Assembly: GCA_024278985.1 (NCBI GenBank)
Contig: JAJRSC010000005.1
Span: forward strand, 1 to 64,000
DNA from: an archaeon
GTDB lineage: Archaea > AGJL01 > Methanococci > Methanococcales > Methanocaldococcaceae
Reading direction: 5' to 3'
DNA length: 64,000 nucleotides
Numbering within the stretch: the first letter of the stretch is position 1; every line of letters begins with the position of its first letter. Of the stretch, positions 1 through 12,206 are shown piece after piece. The notes below the pieces were generated by a model. It searched no databases, was not told where the DNA came from, and was given only the letters and a program-made list of their open reading frames with translations. Position numbers and translations under genes: made by a program.

Positions 1-1110
<1,110 letters not shown>

Positions 1111-1162
1111 TGTCCGGGCACTGAAGGGATGTAGGGGTTTATGCACGGCCCACCATTTATTT

Positions 1163-1282
1163 CGGCACGGCGGCCATAGCGGGAGGGCCACACCCGAACC
1201 CATTCCGAACTCGGAAGTTAAGCCTCCCAGCGATGCCCCGAGTACTGCCGTTTGGCGGGAAAGGGGCGACGCCGCCGGCCAC
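1163..1282 (+). rRNA. rrf: 5S rRNA
   Basis: GGCGGCCATAGCG...CCCGAACCCATTCCGAACTCGGAAGTTAAGC...GCCGCC; about 120 nt, followed by a T-run. Confidence 0.96.
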
Positions 1283-1330
1283 TTTTTATTTTAGAATATT
1301 ACATTTATTATTTTTATTTTATCAATTAAT

Positions 1331-1593
1331 TTGGTGAGGGAGCTGGTGGCTATCCCTCCATTTTTGGAGGGAGGAAGTTCCGCCCACCCCATTTTAGGGG
1401 CAGATACCCCGAGAGGGGTTGGGAGAGGCAACAGAAACGACACGGCCCTGGAAGGATGTCGATGATAAAAAAAATTGAGAATTTCCAGGGAGCCGGTGAA
1501 ACGGGCCTCTCCCCTGCCCAGGGGTGCAAGGCGTTAAGCCGCTTAGCCGAATGCCACCGAAATTACAGAAGGCGGGCTATAGCTCCCACACCA
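1331..1593 (+). ncRNA. rnpB: RNase P RNA (archaeal, compact type M-like)
   Basis: Conserved GAGGAAGTTCCGCCCAC and ACAGAAGGCGGGCTATA elements; terminal P1 pairing TTGGTGAGGGAGCT / AGCTCCCACACCAA; GC island in AT-rich DNA. Confidence 0.93.
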
Positions 1594-1603
1594 AAAATAA
1601 AAT

Positions 1604-2980
1604 TTAATTAACTTTATTTTTTGGAATCCATTTTCTATGTAAATATATTGCATTAGTTGGACAGATATTATAACATGCTCCACAAAATTCACATTTTTTT
1701 ATATCAATATTTCCCATACTAATACAATTTTGAGGACAAACAAAATCACATAAGCCACATTTTATACAAATATCTTCATCAGTTCTTATAAAACTTCTAT
1801 TTTTATCAACAACTTTTTTATATCCTGTAGTATTTGGAATTACATCTCTTGGACAATGAATAGAACATGATTCACAAGCAATACAATTATCTGTAAATAA
1901 AATAGCTTTTTCATATCTATCAATAATTATTGCATCTTTTGGACAAACATTAGAACAAGTTCCACACAAAATACAATTTTCATCAACTATTTTTTTCAAT
2001 TTTATATTCACTATCTCTATAGCATTTTTAGGACAATTATTTATACAAATCTCACAAAGAGAGCAACCTCCAATAACATTATCATTTTTAAGATATCTTA
2101 CATCATTTGGGCAGGCTTTTACACATTCTAAACATTTTTTACATAAATCATAACTAAAAAATAATTTTCCATCTTCAAAGATTAGAGCATTATATTCACA
2201 ATATTCAGCACATAATCCACAATTTATACAGTATGTTATTGGTTTTAGAGTTTTATTTTTAAGACTTTTAACAATTTTAAAATTATCTACTTTTAGGGCA
2301 TTGTTAGGACATATTTTAATACATTCAAAACATAAAACACATTTCTCATTATCAACTCTTCCATTATAAATAGCATCTTTTGGGCATCTTTCACCACATA
2401 AGTTACATAATGTACAACTTTCTATAGTTGTGGGTATTATTGTTTCTCTTGGACATAAGTAAGAACATCTTAAACATCCAATACAATTATCTTTATTTAT
2501 TTTTATTGATTTTCTAACAATTTTTTCAGCAATTTTAATATCCTTTTTTTCACCAATTTTTAAATTAAATGACTTTTCTAAAGCTTTTAAATATCTTTCA
2601 GTTAAAGCATCTCTTTTTAAATTTATTATCTCATAAGAACTTACTTTAGCATTTTTTGGACATTTTGTAATACAGAGAGAACACATTGAACATATTACAA
2701 GGGGAAATTTTCTTTTATTTATTTCAACCATTTCAATAATATTTATTGGACAAACCTCTTTACATAATCCACAACCATTACATCTTCTTCTATCTACATA
2801 ATACCCTCCAAAACTATTTTTTTTTATAGCTTTATTTGGACAAATTTTATAACATTCTCCACAAGTTAAACATGAAAATGCCTTATTATTTATTATCTTT
2901 ATAGCTTTTGTAGGGCATGATTTTAAACATTCATGATTACACTCTTCTGGATTACATCTATCTAAAATTGTTATAATCAT
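1604..2980 (-). CDS. ehbK: Polyferredoxin, energy-converting hydrogenase B subunit K
   Basis: Many CxxCxxCxxxCP motifs; distal gene of an Mrp-like hydrogenase membrane cluster. Confidence 0.85.
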   Translation of the reverse strand: MIITILDRCNPEECNHECLKSCPTKAIKIINNKAFSCLTCGECYKICPNKAIKKNSFGGYYVDRRRCNGCGLCKEVCPINIIEMVEINKRKFPLVICSMCSLCITKCPKNAKVSSYEIINLKRDALTERYLKALEKSFNLKIGEKKDIKIAEKIVRKSIKINKDNCIGCLRCSYLCPRETIIPTTIESCTLCNLCGERCPKDAIYNGRVDNEKCVLCFECIKICPNNALKVDNFKIVKSLKNKTLKPITYCINCGLCAEYCEYNALIFEDGKLFFSYDLCKKCLECVKACPNDVRYLKNDNVIGGCSLCEICINNCPKNAIEIVNIKLKKIVDENCILCGTCSNVCPKDAIIIDRYEKAILFTDNCIACESCSIHCPRDVIPNTTGYKKVVDKNRSFIRTDEDICIKCGLCDFVCPQNCISMGNIDIKKCEFCGACYNICPTNAIYLHRKWIPKNKVN

Positions 2981-3216
2981 TAATTATCCCTCTTTAATTT
3001 ATTTCCAACAAAAATTCCCAAAATAGAAAATAAAAATTCAAAAGATAATGGAAATGGATAATATGGAAAAGCACCTAAAAATTTAGCGATGATTAAGGAT
3101 ATTATTATATACCCAAAAAAGTGGTTTAACTTAATTCTATATCTATATCCTATCAATACTCCAATAAGAAATGCCAAAATTGAAGGATAAAAATAATCTA
3201 CTATCATATATCTCAC
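2980..3216 (-). CDS. ehbJ: Ehb small membrane subunit J
   Basis: 78 aa hydrophobic with GAFPYYPFP motif; operon position. Confidence 0.7.
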   Translation of the reverse strand: MRYMIVDYFYPSILAFLIGVLIGYRYRIKLNHFFGYIIISLIIAKFLGAFPYYPFPLSFEFLFSILGIFVGNKLKRDN

Positions 3217-3992
3217 TTTAATATTTCATCAGATTTTTCAATTCTTTCAATAATTACCTTTTCACAGGATAAGAGATATATAGCAGTTGATAAACTTGCC
3301 AGCACTTTTAAACCAACAGCAATATTTAAATATGGAATAATCCCAGCAGCAATAGGTCCAGGGAATATATCTAATCCAAAGATTGTTTTAAAATTAAATA
3401 AATAATATCCTCCAATAATCATTCCTAAAAAACCAATTATTATATAAGCCAAAGCCCCCAAGGTTTCAAGTTTCTCTAAAAATGGATGGTCAAACCATAG
3501 GGGACTATTAGAACCAAAGGCTATAATAGAAAGTATAAAACTTGCAGCTATTAAAGCACCTCCTTGAAAACCTCCTCCTGGAGTTATATGTCCTCCTAAT
3601 ATAGTAACTATTCCTAAACCAACTAAAAATATACTCAATGGAAGAGACAAATATTTTATAGCTAATGTAAATTCTCCCCATCTTTGGAGGGTTATATATT
3701 CCCCAACTTCTGGAGCTTTAAAAAGTTCTTTTAAAAAGCTATTATCATATAATGACTTTCCAAATATTATCCAAGAAATCATAACTGCAACTATTAAAAC
3801 CAAACATTCTCCAAGTGTATCATATCCTCTCCAATCAAACAATATAGCTGTAACATAGTTAGGAACTATATAATTTTTTAAATAGATTATATTAACTCCT
3901 GGATTTACTTTTATTTGCATTAAATAATAAATTATATTTGCTCCAAAAATTAAAAAGGATAATGTTATTGCTAAATCTCTTTTTGGGTTCAT
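3213..3992 (-). CDS. ehbI: Ehb membrane subunit, EhbH-like/MnhB (EhbI) domains
   Basis: NYVTAILFDWRGYDTLGE and GHITPGGGFQGG (MnhB) motifs. Confidence 0.8.
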   Translation of the reverse strand: MNPKRDLAITLSFLIFGANIIYYLMQIKVNPGVNIIYLKNYIVPNYVTAILFDWRGYDTLGECLVLIVAVMISWIIFGKSLYDNSFLKELFKAPEVGEYITLQRWGEFTLAIKYLSLPLSIFLVGLGIVTILGGHITPGGGFQGGALIAASFILSIIAFGSNSPLWFDHPFLEKLETLGALAYIIIGFLGMIIGGYYLFNFKTIFGLDIFPGPIAAGIIPYLNIAVGLKVLASLSTAIYLLSCEKVIIERIEKSDEILK

Positions 3993-3996
3993 GTTC

Positions 3997-4251
3997 TCAC
4001 TTTAGTAGCATCATTATAAAGGCAAGTACTCCAAAAAATATAGATATCCAAAACAATTGACAATTAATAGCATTGGAATTTTCTTTTTTGAAGTTCATAA
4101 CAATAGATTTAAATGATAATGCCAACCCTAATGCAAATAATCCAAAGAATGTCATTAAACTTACACCATACATTTTTCCTAAGGAAATTGCTCCAAATAT
4201 AAAAGATAAATATAATAACATATCTCCAGTTCTTTTTTCAAATTCTTTCAA
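3997..4251 (-). CDS. Ehb small membrane subunit (G-like)
   Basis: 84 aa with about 3 TM segments; overlaps stop of upstream antiporter subunit. Confidence 0.65.
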   Translation of the reverse strand: MKEFEKRTGDMLLYLSFIFGAISLGKMYGVSLMTFFGLFALGLALSFKSIVMNFKKENSNAINCQLFWISIFFGVLAFIMMLLK

Positions 4252-5657
4252 ATTTTCACCAGAGTAAATAATTTATTTAATATAATATTTGAAAATATTC
4301 CCAAAATTAATGACAATAAAGACAATATAACAAGTGAATAGTATGCTACCTTAGGATATCTTATATCATTATAATCTTCTTTATTAGGAGCTAAAAAAAT
4401 TAAATAAAATGCTTTCATAAGATAAACAAAGGACCCAACACTTATTAAAATCATTAATCCTGCAATTTCAGGAAATTGTGGCATAATCTCTCTTATTAGA
4501 AGGAGCTTACTTACATAACCACCAAATGGTGGAACTCCAACAGCTGAAAAAATAAGAAGTAGAGTAAAGAAAGCTGTAAATGGAATATATTTTATTAATC
4601 CACCTAAATTAAGTAATTTAGGACCTCTAATATTACTAACTATATAAGCACTTAGGAATAATCCAGATTTAAAGACAACACTGTTTATAGCATGAAATAT
4701 TCCTGCTAATATTGCCAATGGAGAAGATAAAGCAATTCCAATTCCTACAAAACCTAAATGACTTATTGAAGAATATGCCAATAATCTTTTATAATCATCC
4801 TCTAAAATTGCTAATACTGTCCCAAATACCATAGATATGACTGAAAGAGCTATTAATATTCCCTTTAAAGATGAGAAAAATGACAGTCCTGAGAAAATTT
4901 TAATTATTATTATAGATAATGCTACAAAAATAAACTTAGAATATGTTTGTAAAACAGCAGAAATAAATCCTTTTGCTCTGGAATATAAATCTACCTTAAT
5001 ATTATGAAAGGGAGGTATTCCTGAACTATAAGCCAAGCCAATGATTAATAATATTGAACCTACATATGCTAAAGGACTATCTAATATATAATATTTAATA
5101 TCAGAGATATTTAATGAGCCAGTTATTGCAATAATAATAGTAATTCCTAAGAGCATTAATGAACCTGCAACTACCCCAATTAAAAGATATCTTAATCCAG
5201 CTTTATAACTTTCCTCTGTTCCAGAAAGAAAAACTAAACCTGCCTGAACCATTGAAACAATTTCAAAAAATACATACAAATTAAACAAATCATCAGATAA
5301 TATAATAGCAGATATTCCAGCATATCCCATTAGTGTTAAGACAACAAACATATTGTTTTTAAATTTTTCACCCATACCAGTTATTAAAGAAATAGAAACA
5401 ATAAAAGATAAAATTAATAATAAAACCTGTTTTCCAACATTATAAAAATAGGCTATTCCTGTTGTATAACCATTAATGACACCATGCCCACCAAAGTAAT
5501 AATATCCAAAACTACCAATAAAAGGAAGAAATATTAAGATAAGAGATAAAATATATGTTAAGTACTTAACTAACTTTTCATTTTCATGTAGTAAATTTAA
5601 AATTAATGCCATTGTGATAGGAAATAATACAATTACAGGCAATAAATTCATAGCCAT
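4248..5657 (-). CDS. ehbF: Ehb antiporter-like subunit F (MrpD/NuoN family)
   Basis: DLFNLYVFFEI, KRLLAYSSISHLG and GVPPFGGYVSK motifs; multi-TM. Confidence 0.88.
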   Translation of the reverse strand: MAMNLLPVIVLFPITMALILNLLHENEKLVKYLTYILSLILIFLPFIGSFGYYYFGGHGVINGYTTGIAYFYNVGKQVLLLILSFIVSISLITGMGEKFKNNMFVVLTLMGYAGISAIILSDDLFNLYVFFEIVSMVQAGLVFLSGTEESYKAGLRYLLIGVVAGSLMLLGITIIIAITGSLNISDIKYYILDSPLAYVGSILLIIGLAYSSGIPPFHNIKVDLYSRAKGFISAVLQTYSKFIFVALSIIIIKIFSGLSFFSSLKGILIALSVISMVFGTVLAILEDDYKRLLAYSSISHLGFVGIGIALSSPLAILAGIFHAINSVVFKSGLFLSAYIVSNIRGPKLLNLGGLIKYIPFTAFFTLLLIFSAVGVPPFGGYVSKLLLIREIMPQFPEIAGLMILISVGSFVYLMKAFYLIFLAPNKEDYNDIRYPKVAYYSLVILSLLSLILGIFSNIILNKLFTLVKI

Positions 5658-5661
5658 ATTC

Positions 5662-6018
5662 TCAATCCTCTTTTAATATAACTGAACATTTTAATGTTTT
5701 ATATTTTTTATATAGAATTATAGAAACTCCAAGCATTATTGCAAGCATTGAAGCCTCTATAACAATGTTTGTTAAAACCAATGCTTGAGTTAATGGATAT
5801 GCAGAATATTGAGCAAAATTTACCATATTTGGCAATTTTATAGGAATATATTTATTATAACATATAGATATTAAAGTTAGATTTACTCCACTTCCTAATA
5901 TTTCAAGGGCTATAATTTTTTTAATAATGTTATCAACAAAGAAAACTCCATAAAGTCCAATAACTATTAATATCCCTGCAGTTAAAAATGAAGCTGTTTG
6001 AAAGTCCATAACTATCAT
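5662..6018 (-). CDS. ehbE: Ehb subunit E (MnhC family)
   Basis: NIIKKIIALEI and PLTQALVLTNIVI MnhC motifs. Confidence 0.85.
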   Translation of the reverse strand: MIVMDFQTASFLTAGILIVIGLYGVFFVDNIIKKIIALEILGSGVNLTLISICYNKYIPIKLPNMVNFAQYSAYPLTQALVLTNIVIEASMLAIMLGVSIILYKKYKTLKCSVILKED

Positions 6019-6177
6019 CTATCATTATTAATAATGATAAATTCTAAGAAAAAATATATAAAAGTTTTTTATAATCTAAAAATTTATAAATTTAATAGAA
6101 TAATTTCAATTAATAAAATTAGAATATATGGGATAGATATAAATAATATTTAAATATAAGATATTCAATAGATAGAT

Positions 6178-6591
6178 ATGTTAAATCTTGGAGAGATATT
6201 TATAATTCTTGGATTTATTATTATTTTATTAGAGTCAATATTTCCTGGGCTATATTTTCCTGCCTTAGGAATTGCTTTAGTGATTTATGGAATATTCTTA
6301 ATTATTTTTCCAAATTTAGCATTTTTTACTGCTATTATAGCAGGAGTATTAACAATCATTATTTTAAATAGATTAGTTTATTCTTCTAAAGATAAATACT
6401 TAGTGGGAGCAGAGAGGTTAATTGGCAAAGTTGGAAAAGCAATAGATGATTTTAAGGAAGGATATGGAAAAATAAAGATAGGAAATGAAATTTGGCATGC
6501 TACTTCTGAGGACAAAGAAATAAAAAAAGGAGATAAGGTTAAAGTTATTGGATTTGAAGGAGTTCATTTAATTGTTAAAAAGGTGGATTAA
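6178..6591 (+). CDS. NfeD family membrane protein
   Basis: TM N-terminus plus OB-like LIGKVG...GEIWHA-type C-terminus; upstream of SPFH gene. Confidence 0.88.
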   Translation: MLNLGEIFIILGFIIILLESIFPGLYFPALGIALVIYGIFLIIFPNLAFFTAIIAGVLTIIILNRLVYSSKDKYLVGAERLIGKVGKAIDDFKEGYGKIKIGNEIWHATSEDKEIKKGDKVKVIGFEGVHLIVKKVD

Positions 6592-6593
6592 TT

Positions 6594-7400
6594 ATGATAA
6601 TATGGCTTATTCTTGGTATTATTGTATTATTTATTTTAATTAAGGCAATAGTTATTGTTAAGCAATATGAAGGAGGACTTATATTTAGATTAGGTAAAGT
6701 TGTAGGAAAACTTAGGCCAGGAGTAAATATTATTATTCCTTTTTTAGATGTTCCTGTAAAAGTTGATTTAAGGACAAGAGTTACAGACATTCCCCCTCAA
6801 GAAATGATTACTAAAGATAATGCTGTTGTTAAAGTTGATGCAGTTATCTACTATAGAGTTATAGATGTAGAAAAGGCATTATTAGAAGTTGAAAATTATG
6901 AATATGCAATAATTAACTTAGCCCAAACTACTTTAAGGGCAATTATTGGAAGTATGGAGTTGGATGAAGTTTTAAACAAAAGGGAGTATATTAACTCTAA
7001 ACTTTTGGAAATTTTAGATAAAGAAACAGATATTTGGGGTGTAAGAGTAGAAAAAGTAGAGGTTAAAGAAATAGACCCTCCAGAAGATATAAAAAATGCC
7101 ATGGCTCAACAAATGAAAGCAGAAAGATTAAAAAGAGCTGCTATATTAGAAGCTGAAGGAGAAAAACAAAGTAGAATATTAAAAGCTGAGGGAATTGCTG
7201 AAAGTTTAAGAATTGAAGCAGAAGGTAGAGCGAAGGCTATAAAAATTGTTGCTGAAGCAGCAAGAGAATACTTTAAGGATGAGGCACAACTATACAAAGC
7301 TTTAGAAGTTGCCAATGAAGTTCTTAAAAATAACTCCAAGTTTGTAGTTTCAGAGAATATTTTAGAGTTTGCCAATAATATAATTAAAAAGAAATCATAA
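6594..7400 (+). CDS. SPFH/band 7 (stomatin-like) protein
   Basis: [16 protein letters not shown] and [10 protein letters not shown] motifs. Confidence 0.93.
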   Translation: MIIWLILGIIVLFILIKAIVIVKQYEGGLIFRLGKVVGKLRPGVNIIIPFLDVPVKVDLRTRVTDIPPQEMITKDNAVVKVDAVIYYRVIDVEKALLEVENYEYAIINLAQTTLRAIIGSMELDEVLNKREYINSKLLEILDKETDIWGVRVEKVEVKEIDPPEDIKNAMAQQMKAERLKRAAILEAEGEKQSRILKAEGIAESLRIEAEGRAKAIKIVAEAAREYFKDEAQLYKALEVANEVLKNNSKFVVSENILEFANNIIKKKS

Positions 7401-8000
7401 ATATTTTAGTATCTCCCTTAAATCTCTCTTTTCTATACATATATCAGCTTCTTTTTTTAAAATTGGCTTTGCACAGAAGGCAATTCTTAAACCTGCTTTT
7501 TTAAACATACCTATATCATTTGCTCCATCTCCAACAACAATAATATCCTTTTTATCAATTTTTAAAATATCTTTTAGTTTATCTATAATCTCTCCCTTAT
7601 CAATAACTATCTCTCTAACATCTTCCAACTTACCATTATTAAAAATTAGTTGATTGGCAAAGATATAATCAATTCCTAAATCTTTAAATTTTTTAATTGC
7701 AATATCAAACCCACCACTAACAACCGCTATTTTATAACCTCTTTTTTTTAGTTCTTCTATTGTTTCTCTTGCTCCTTCTGTTAGTTCTAATCTTTTTATG
7801 GCATTCTCTATTTTTTCCTTTTCTAAGCCCTTTAATATTTTTATTCTCTCTTTTAAAGATTCTTTATAATCTAATTTCCCTTCCATAGCCAATTTTGTTA
7901 TTTTTTTAATTTCTTTTTCTTTTTTGGCCTCTTTAGCAATCTCATCAATAGTTTCATTTTTTATTAAGGTACTATCAAAATCAATAACTACCAACTTCAT
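7395..8000 (-). CDS. serB: Phosphoserine phosphatase
   Basis: HAD motifs DFDSTL, VSGGF, GDGAND. Confidence 0.93.
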   Translation of the reverse strand: MKLVVIDFDSTLIKNETIDEIAKEAKKEKEIKKITKLAMEGKLDYKESLKERIKILKGLEKEKIENAIKRLELTEGARETIEELKKRGYKIAVVSGGFDIAIKKFKDLGIDYIFANQLIFNNGKLEDVREIVIDKGEIIDKLKDILKIDKKDIIVVGDGANDIGMFKKAGLRIAFCAKPILKKEADICIEKRDLREILKYL

Positions 8001-8009
8001 TTACTCTCC

Positions 8010-8774
8010 CTAAAATATTGCACTTTCTTTAATTTTATCTAATACTTTAGGTAGTTTTCTATATTTAATATCCTTTAAACTCTCTAAATAATCAACTACT
8101 ATATTAATATAATTACTAAGTTCAACATTTTTATCTAAGTAAGAGATTATTTTTCTCTCATAAGCTTGTTCCAACACCAACATTTTTGGAATAATTACTA
8201 AACATTTTAAATTTAAAATTTTTTCAATATCTTTAATAACAGTCTCAGGAATATTTTCAGCTTTGTTAATTATAAATCCTACAGGCTCAGCCTCTAAATA
8301 ATTTTTACCTATAACTATGGTATTTATAGCCCCTTGTAAGCTTGGGGAGAAAGCAGTATAATCCAATATTGGAATAAAATAATCTGACAAGCCAAGAGAA
8401 AGATATGTCTCTACTCCTGAAGATGTTGATGGAGCATCAATAATAATATAGTCATAATTTAAGTTATTTAATTTATCTAAAACATCTAAATCTAAACCCA
8501 TATAATTAGATAGATTATCACCAATAGTAAGTAAATCAACATTGGGAATATATGTTTTTGTTATAGCTTCTGAAATTGGTTTATTTTCATTATATACCTT
8601 TAAAAGAGTATTTTTAGGAGTAACATTTAAAAGGTATGTTAAAGATTTTGAGCCTGCATCAGCATCTATTAATAAAACTTTTTTATTTCTTTCTGATAAT
8701 GCAGCAGCTACATTTGACGTTATTAAAGTTTTTCCAGTTCCACCTTTTGCTATGGCAAATGTTAATATTTTCAT
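8010..8774 (-). CDS. MinD/ParA family ATPase
   Basis: Deviant Walker A KGGTGKT, IDAD, IIIDAP. Confidence 0.88.
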   Translation of the reverse strand: MKILTFAIAKGGTGKTLITSNVAAALSERNKKVLLIDADAGSKSLTYLLNVTPKNTLLKVYNENKPISEAITKTYIPNVDLLTIGDNLSNYMGLDLDVLDKLNNLNYDYIIIDAPSTSSGVETYLSLGLSDYFIPILDYTAFSPSLQGAINTIVIGKNYLEAEPVGFIINKAENIPETVIKDIEKILNLKCLVIIPKMLVLEQAYERKIISYLDKNVELSNYINIVVDYLESLKDIKYRKLPKVLDKIKESAIF

Positions 8775-9103
8775 TGTTCTCCCCTCTCTTTATCTCCTAA
8801 CATACCAAAAATAATTTTAGGAAATTTAGTTTCTTCCCATCTTTTTTCCCACTGTAAAATATTTTCAATTATCTCTATAGCCTCAACTCCCTTTTTTGTC
8901 AAATAGTATTTTCCATTTTTCTTTTTAATAAGTTCCTCTTTTTCAAGTTCATATAATCTTTCTGATAAAGTTCTTGTACTAAGTGTTAAACCTTTTGCAA
9001 TTATTAATGAATTTCTTATATTACTAAAAGAGTTAATATTATCCCTTATACAAAATAAAATTTCTATACATCCCTTTTTACCAATAATTTGTAAAAATCC
9101 CAT
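8771..9103 (-). CDS. Winged-helix transcriptional regulator (HxlR-like)
   Basis: TLSERLYELEKEELI...YYLTKKG wHTH pattern. Confidence 0.8.
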   Translation of the reverse strand: MGFLQIIGKKGCIEILFCIRDNINSFSNIRNSLIIAKGLTLSTRTLSERLYELEKEELIKKKNGKYYLTKKGVEAIEIIENILQWEKRWEETKFPKIIFGMLGDKERGEQ

Positions 9104-9193
9104 ATAATATCACATTTTTATTTTAGTAAATTAAAATTATCTATTTAATATATAAATTTTATTTTTATAATTAATTTATTTTATATTTTCATT

Positions 9194-9913
9194 TTAAAAA
9201 TTTAAAATTATTAAAAAAACTAAAGAAAGAACTGCTCTACATATTTCATTAGTAGCTCCTAAGATATCCCCATTAACACCTCCAAATAAGTTTCTTGATA
9301 TTTTTGACATATAAAAGCCAATAAATATAGATAACAATATTCCCAAAGAGGAATAATATCCAAAAATTAATAATGGCAATGTAAAAATTAATCCTATTGT
9401 AAGATTTTTCTCATTACAATATTTTACAATATACTTACCACTACCCTCTTTTAAATGATTTCCAAAAGTTGCACAACTTAGAACTCCTAATCTACATAAA
9501 ACCTCTATAACTAACAACATAAAAATATTTTTAGCTAATAAATAGCCATATGAAATAGCAGATATTAAAGTTATAAAAAAACCAAAAGCAAAGGCTCCAA
9601 CACCAATATATTTATCTTTTAAAGCTTCTATTTTATTATTAAAAGACATCCAGCCATCTCCAAAATCTAAAAGTCCATCAAAGTGCTGAAAACTATTAAA
9701 GTACTCTAAGATAAATAAAATAATTACTCCAACTAATATATCTGGAAGCTTTAAAAACAAAAATAATTTTCCAAAAAATAAAGAAAGAAATCCATAAATA
9801 TAACCAATAACAATAATAAAATGAAAATTTTTTCCAATTTCTTTTAAATCAAAATTATCAACATGAATATAAAACCTTGTAAAAAAGGAAATAAACAACT
9901 TTAAAATTCTCAT
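9194..9913 (-). CDS. cobS: Adenosylcobinamide-GDP ribazoletransferase
   Basis: HFDGLLDFGDG and GGVNGDILGATNE motifs. Confidence 0.93.
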   Translation of the reverse strand: MRILKLFISFFTRFYIHVDNFDLKEIGKNFHFIIVIGYIYGFLSLFFGKLFLFLKLPDILVGVIILFILEYFNSFQHFDGLLDFGDGWMSFNNKIEALKDKYIGVGAFAFGFFITLISAISYGYLLAKNIFMLLVIEVLCRLGVLSCATFGNHLKEGSGKYIVKYCNEKNLTIGLIFTLPLLIFGYYSSLGILLSIFIGFYMSKISRNLFGGVNGDILGATNEICRAVLSLVFLIILNF

Positions 9914-10602
9914 TTATTCCCTCCCAATTTTTTAATAATATCAATAAGTTCATATATATTTTTTATTTGGTAATCACTAACATCATCCTTCATATTTTTA
10001 TATTTTCCTTTTAATATTCTAACTGTAATCATCCCAAGTTCTTTAGCAGGTTGAATATCTTTATCTACTCTATCTCCAACATAAATAGTTTCTTCTGGAT
10101 TTAAGTTTAATCTATCTAATCCATATTTAAAAAACTCTAAATGTGGTTTTCCCAATCCAAACTCTTCAGATGTTATAACATCATCAAAAAATGGATGAAT
10201 TCCTAGTCTAATCAATTTTTCCCATTGCTTAATTGCCAATCCATCAGTTAATACCCCTAACTTTAAACCAAAATTTTTAAGTTCTAATAATGTTTTTATT
10301 GTATATGGATAAGGCCTTAATAAGGCTACTTTAACATTATGATATGTTATTATCCCTGTAGCTATAATTTTTGGTTCATATCTTCCTAAAATTGCCTTAA
10401 CTAAGTCATCAAAATGTTTCCCATAATTAGAACCCTTATCTTTAATAATTCTATTTAATATTTCCATAGCCTTATCAAAATTAATATTTAAACCAGCATC
10501 AATCATAGATTTAACTGCTTCTCTTCTGGCAATATTAACAAATTCTGAGGAGTTATATAAAGTATCATCTAAATCAAAAATAACTCCTTTAATCTTCTTC
10601 AT
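9910..10602 (-). CDS. HAD-superfamily hydrolase
   Basis: FDLDDTL, LTDG, GKPH, VGDRVDKD. Confidence 0.9.
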   Translation of the reverse strand: MKKIKGVIFDLDDTLYNSSEFVNIARREAVKSMIDAGLNINFDKAMEILNRIIKDKGSNYGKHFDDLVKAILGRYEPKIIATGIITYHNVKVALLRPYPYTIKTLLELKNFGLKLGVLTDGLAIKQWEKLIRLGIHPFFDDVITSEEFGLGKPHLEFFKYGLDRLNLNPEETIYVGDRVDKDIQPAKELGMITVRILKGKYKNMKDDVSDYQIKNIYELIDIIKKLGGNK

Positions 10603-10880
10603 TTTTTTAGCACCTTATTTTTAACCATATTAAACAATCCTACAAAATCATCATCTTCATCAACAGTTACAATAATTAGCCCTAATTTTTTATGTTCTTC
10701 TATCCAACTTTCATCATAGACAGGAACTTCTATTTTAACTGGTTCATCAAGAGGATTTCCAACAATAACATTTCTATAAGGAAAGGGTTTAATATCCTCA
10801 TCTTTGTATGGAAAAACAGTTTCCCTAATATAACCTCCTAAAGCTAGAACCATTTTTGGAAGTATAACCATCTTTGGCAT
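10599..10880 (-). CDS. ehbP: Energy-converting hydrogenase B subunit P
   Basis: LGGYIRET...FPYRNVIVGNP motif. Confidence 0.8.
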   Translation of the reverse strand: MPKMVILPKMVLALGGYIRETVFPYKDEDIKPFPYRNVIVGNPLDEPVKIEVPVYDESWIEEHKKLGLIIVTVDEDDDFVGLFNMVKNKVLKK

Positions 10881-10934
10881 ATTTTTTCACATTTATTTTA
10901 TATTAAAAAATAATAAAAAAATAAATAATTAAGA

Positions 10935-12095
10935 TTATTCTACATCATCCCTATTTTCTCTTTTTTGACTACCTTCTTTTAATTTTTCTGATTCTTCCAA
11001 GGGAATAAATCTATCTTCTAATGCTTTTAAAACTTTTGGAACTGTTGTATATTCCATCATTCCAGATGGTAATCTATGTGGTTGGAATGGTCCCATTCTT
11101 CTTATTATATCAGCCATTTCGAAAGCTTTTTCTCTAGCCTTATCAAATCCTTTATCTTCAAATAAATCATTTGGTCCTATTAGCATACCATTACTTAACT
11201 GGAATCCTAAAGCCATAATTCTTGGAGGTCCATCAAATCTTGTTGGGATAGCATCATCTTCTCCAACTGGCATTAATGGCCCCCAATGGCTTCCTCTCAT
11301 CCATCCAGGAACAAAATGAGGATTAGCAAATGGCTCTAAAACTTCTCCTACTGCTGGAAATCCACTTTGAGCTCTAACTATTGCTACAGGGTCATCTTTA
11401 CCAACATATTCTCCTGCAATATAATTAAGTTTTTCAGTACTTACAACAGCAGCAATTTCATTATCTTTTCTTCTGAAAATTCTTTTTATTGCATATCTTT
11501 CATAATCTCCTATTAAAGCTAATAACATATACATTTCTTCAGGAGTTTCTAAGAAAACCTTTTTATGTCCTATAATATCATGGACCTCAAATTTAAATCC
11601 AGATATCATTGATGGGTCAAAAACTAAACCTGCTGTATTAAACGGGTCTGCAAACATCTTAAACAATGGATAATTAAATGCTGTTGGGTCAGTTTTATCA
11701 CAACAGAAAATAACAATTGGCTCACTTTTCCTTTCAATAAATTCCATTTCTGCACATCCTGGACCTAAACCTCTAACATTTCCTGAAAAACTATCTGCTA
11801 ATAAATCCTGTCCAGCACCATAAAGTTTTAATTCTTTGGCTATTTTTGTGGCCTCTTCAAAGGCCTTCCAAGCTAAACCATGAACTTTTTCATTGTCACA
11901 TCCTAATTTATGAGTCATAATTAAATCAATATCATCTCCACATCTTGTAACATAATAATCAATTAATATCTCATCTACTGCCTCCTCTAAAACTGCTTCA
12001 CATGCTTCCAATAACTCCTCTGGGGCTAATGTATGCCCACATAATCCTCCAACATCTGCCTTTATAACTGATACAGTTATCTTTTCATTCTCCAT
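10935..12095 (-). CDS. fbp: Fructose-1,6-bisphosphate aldolase/phosphatase
   Basis: KADVGG, YGAGQDLL, YVGKDDPV, GWMRGSH. Confidence 0.96.
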   Translation of the reverse strand: MENEKITVSVIKADVGGLCGHTLAPEELLEACEAVLEEAVDEILIDYYVTRCGDDIDLIMTHKLGCDNEKVHGLAWKAFEEATKIAKELKLYGAGQDLLADSFSGNVRGLGPGCAEMEFIERKSEPIVIFCCDKTDPTAFNYPLFKMFADPFNTAGLVFDPSMISGFKFEVHDIIGHKKVFLETPEEMYMLLALIGDYERYAIKRIFRRKDNEIAAVVSTEKLNYIAGEYVGKDDPVAIVRAQSGFPAVGEVLEPFANPHFVPGWMRGSHWGPLMPVGEDDAIPTRFDGPPRIMALGFQLSNGMLIGPNDLFEDKGFDKAREKAFEMADIIRRMGPFQPHRLPSGMMEYTTVPKVLKALEDRFIPLEESEKLKEGSQKRENRDDVE

Positions 12096-12206
12096 TTCAA
12101 CCCCTCACAATATTCTTTATTATATATTCTATTCAAATACTTTCATTATAAAACTTTATTTATTATTTCTTATTTATTATTTATTGTACTCTTAAATATT
12201 AGTTAG

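Noticed and set aside
1283-1593. GC-rich island after 5S as a novel ncRNA
   Set aside because: Explained by conserved RNase P RNA elements.
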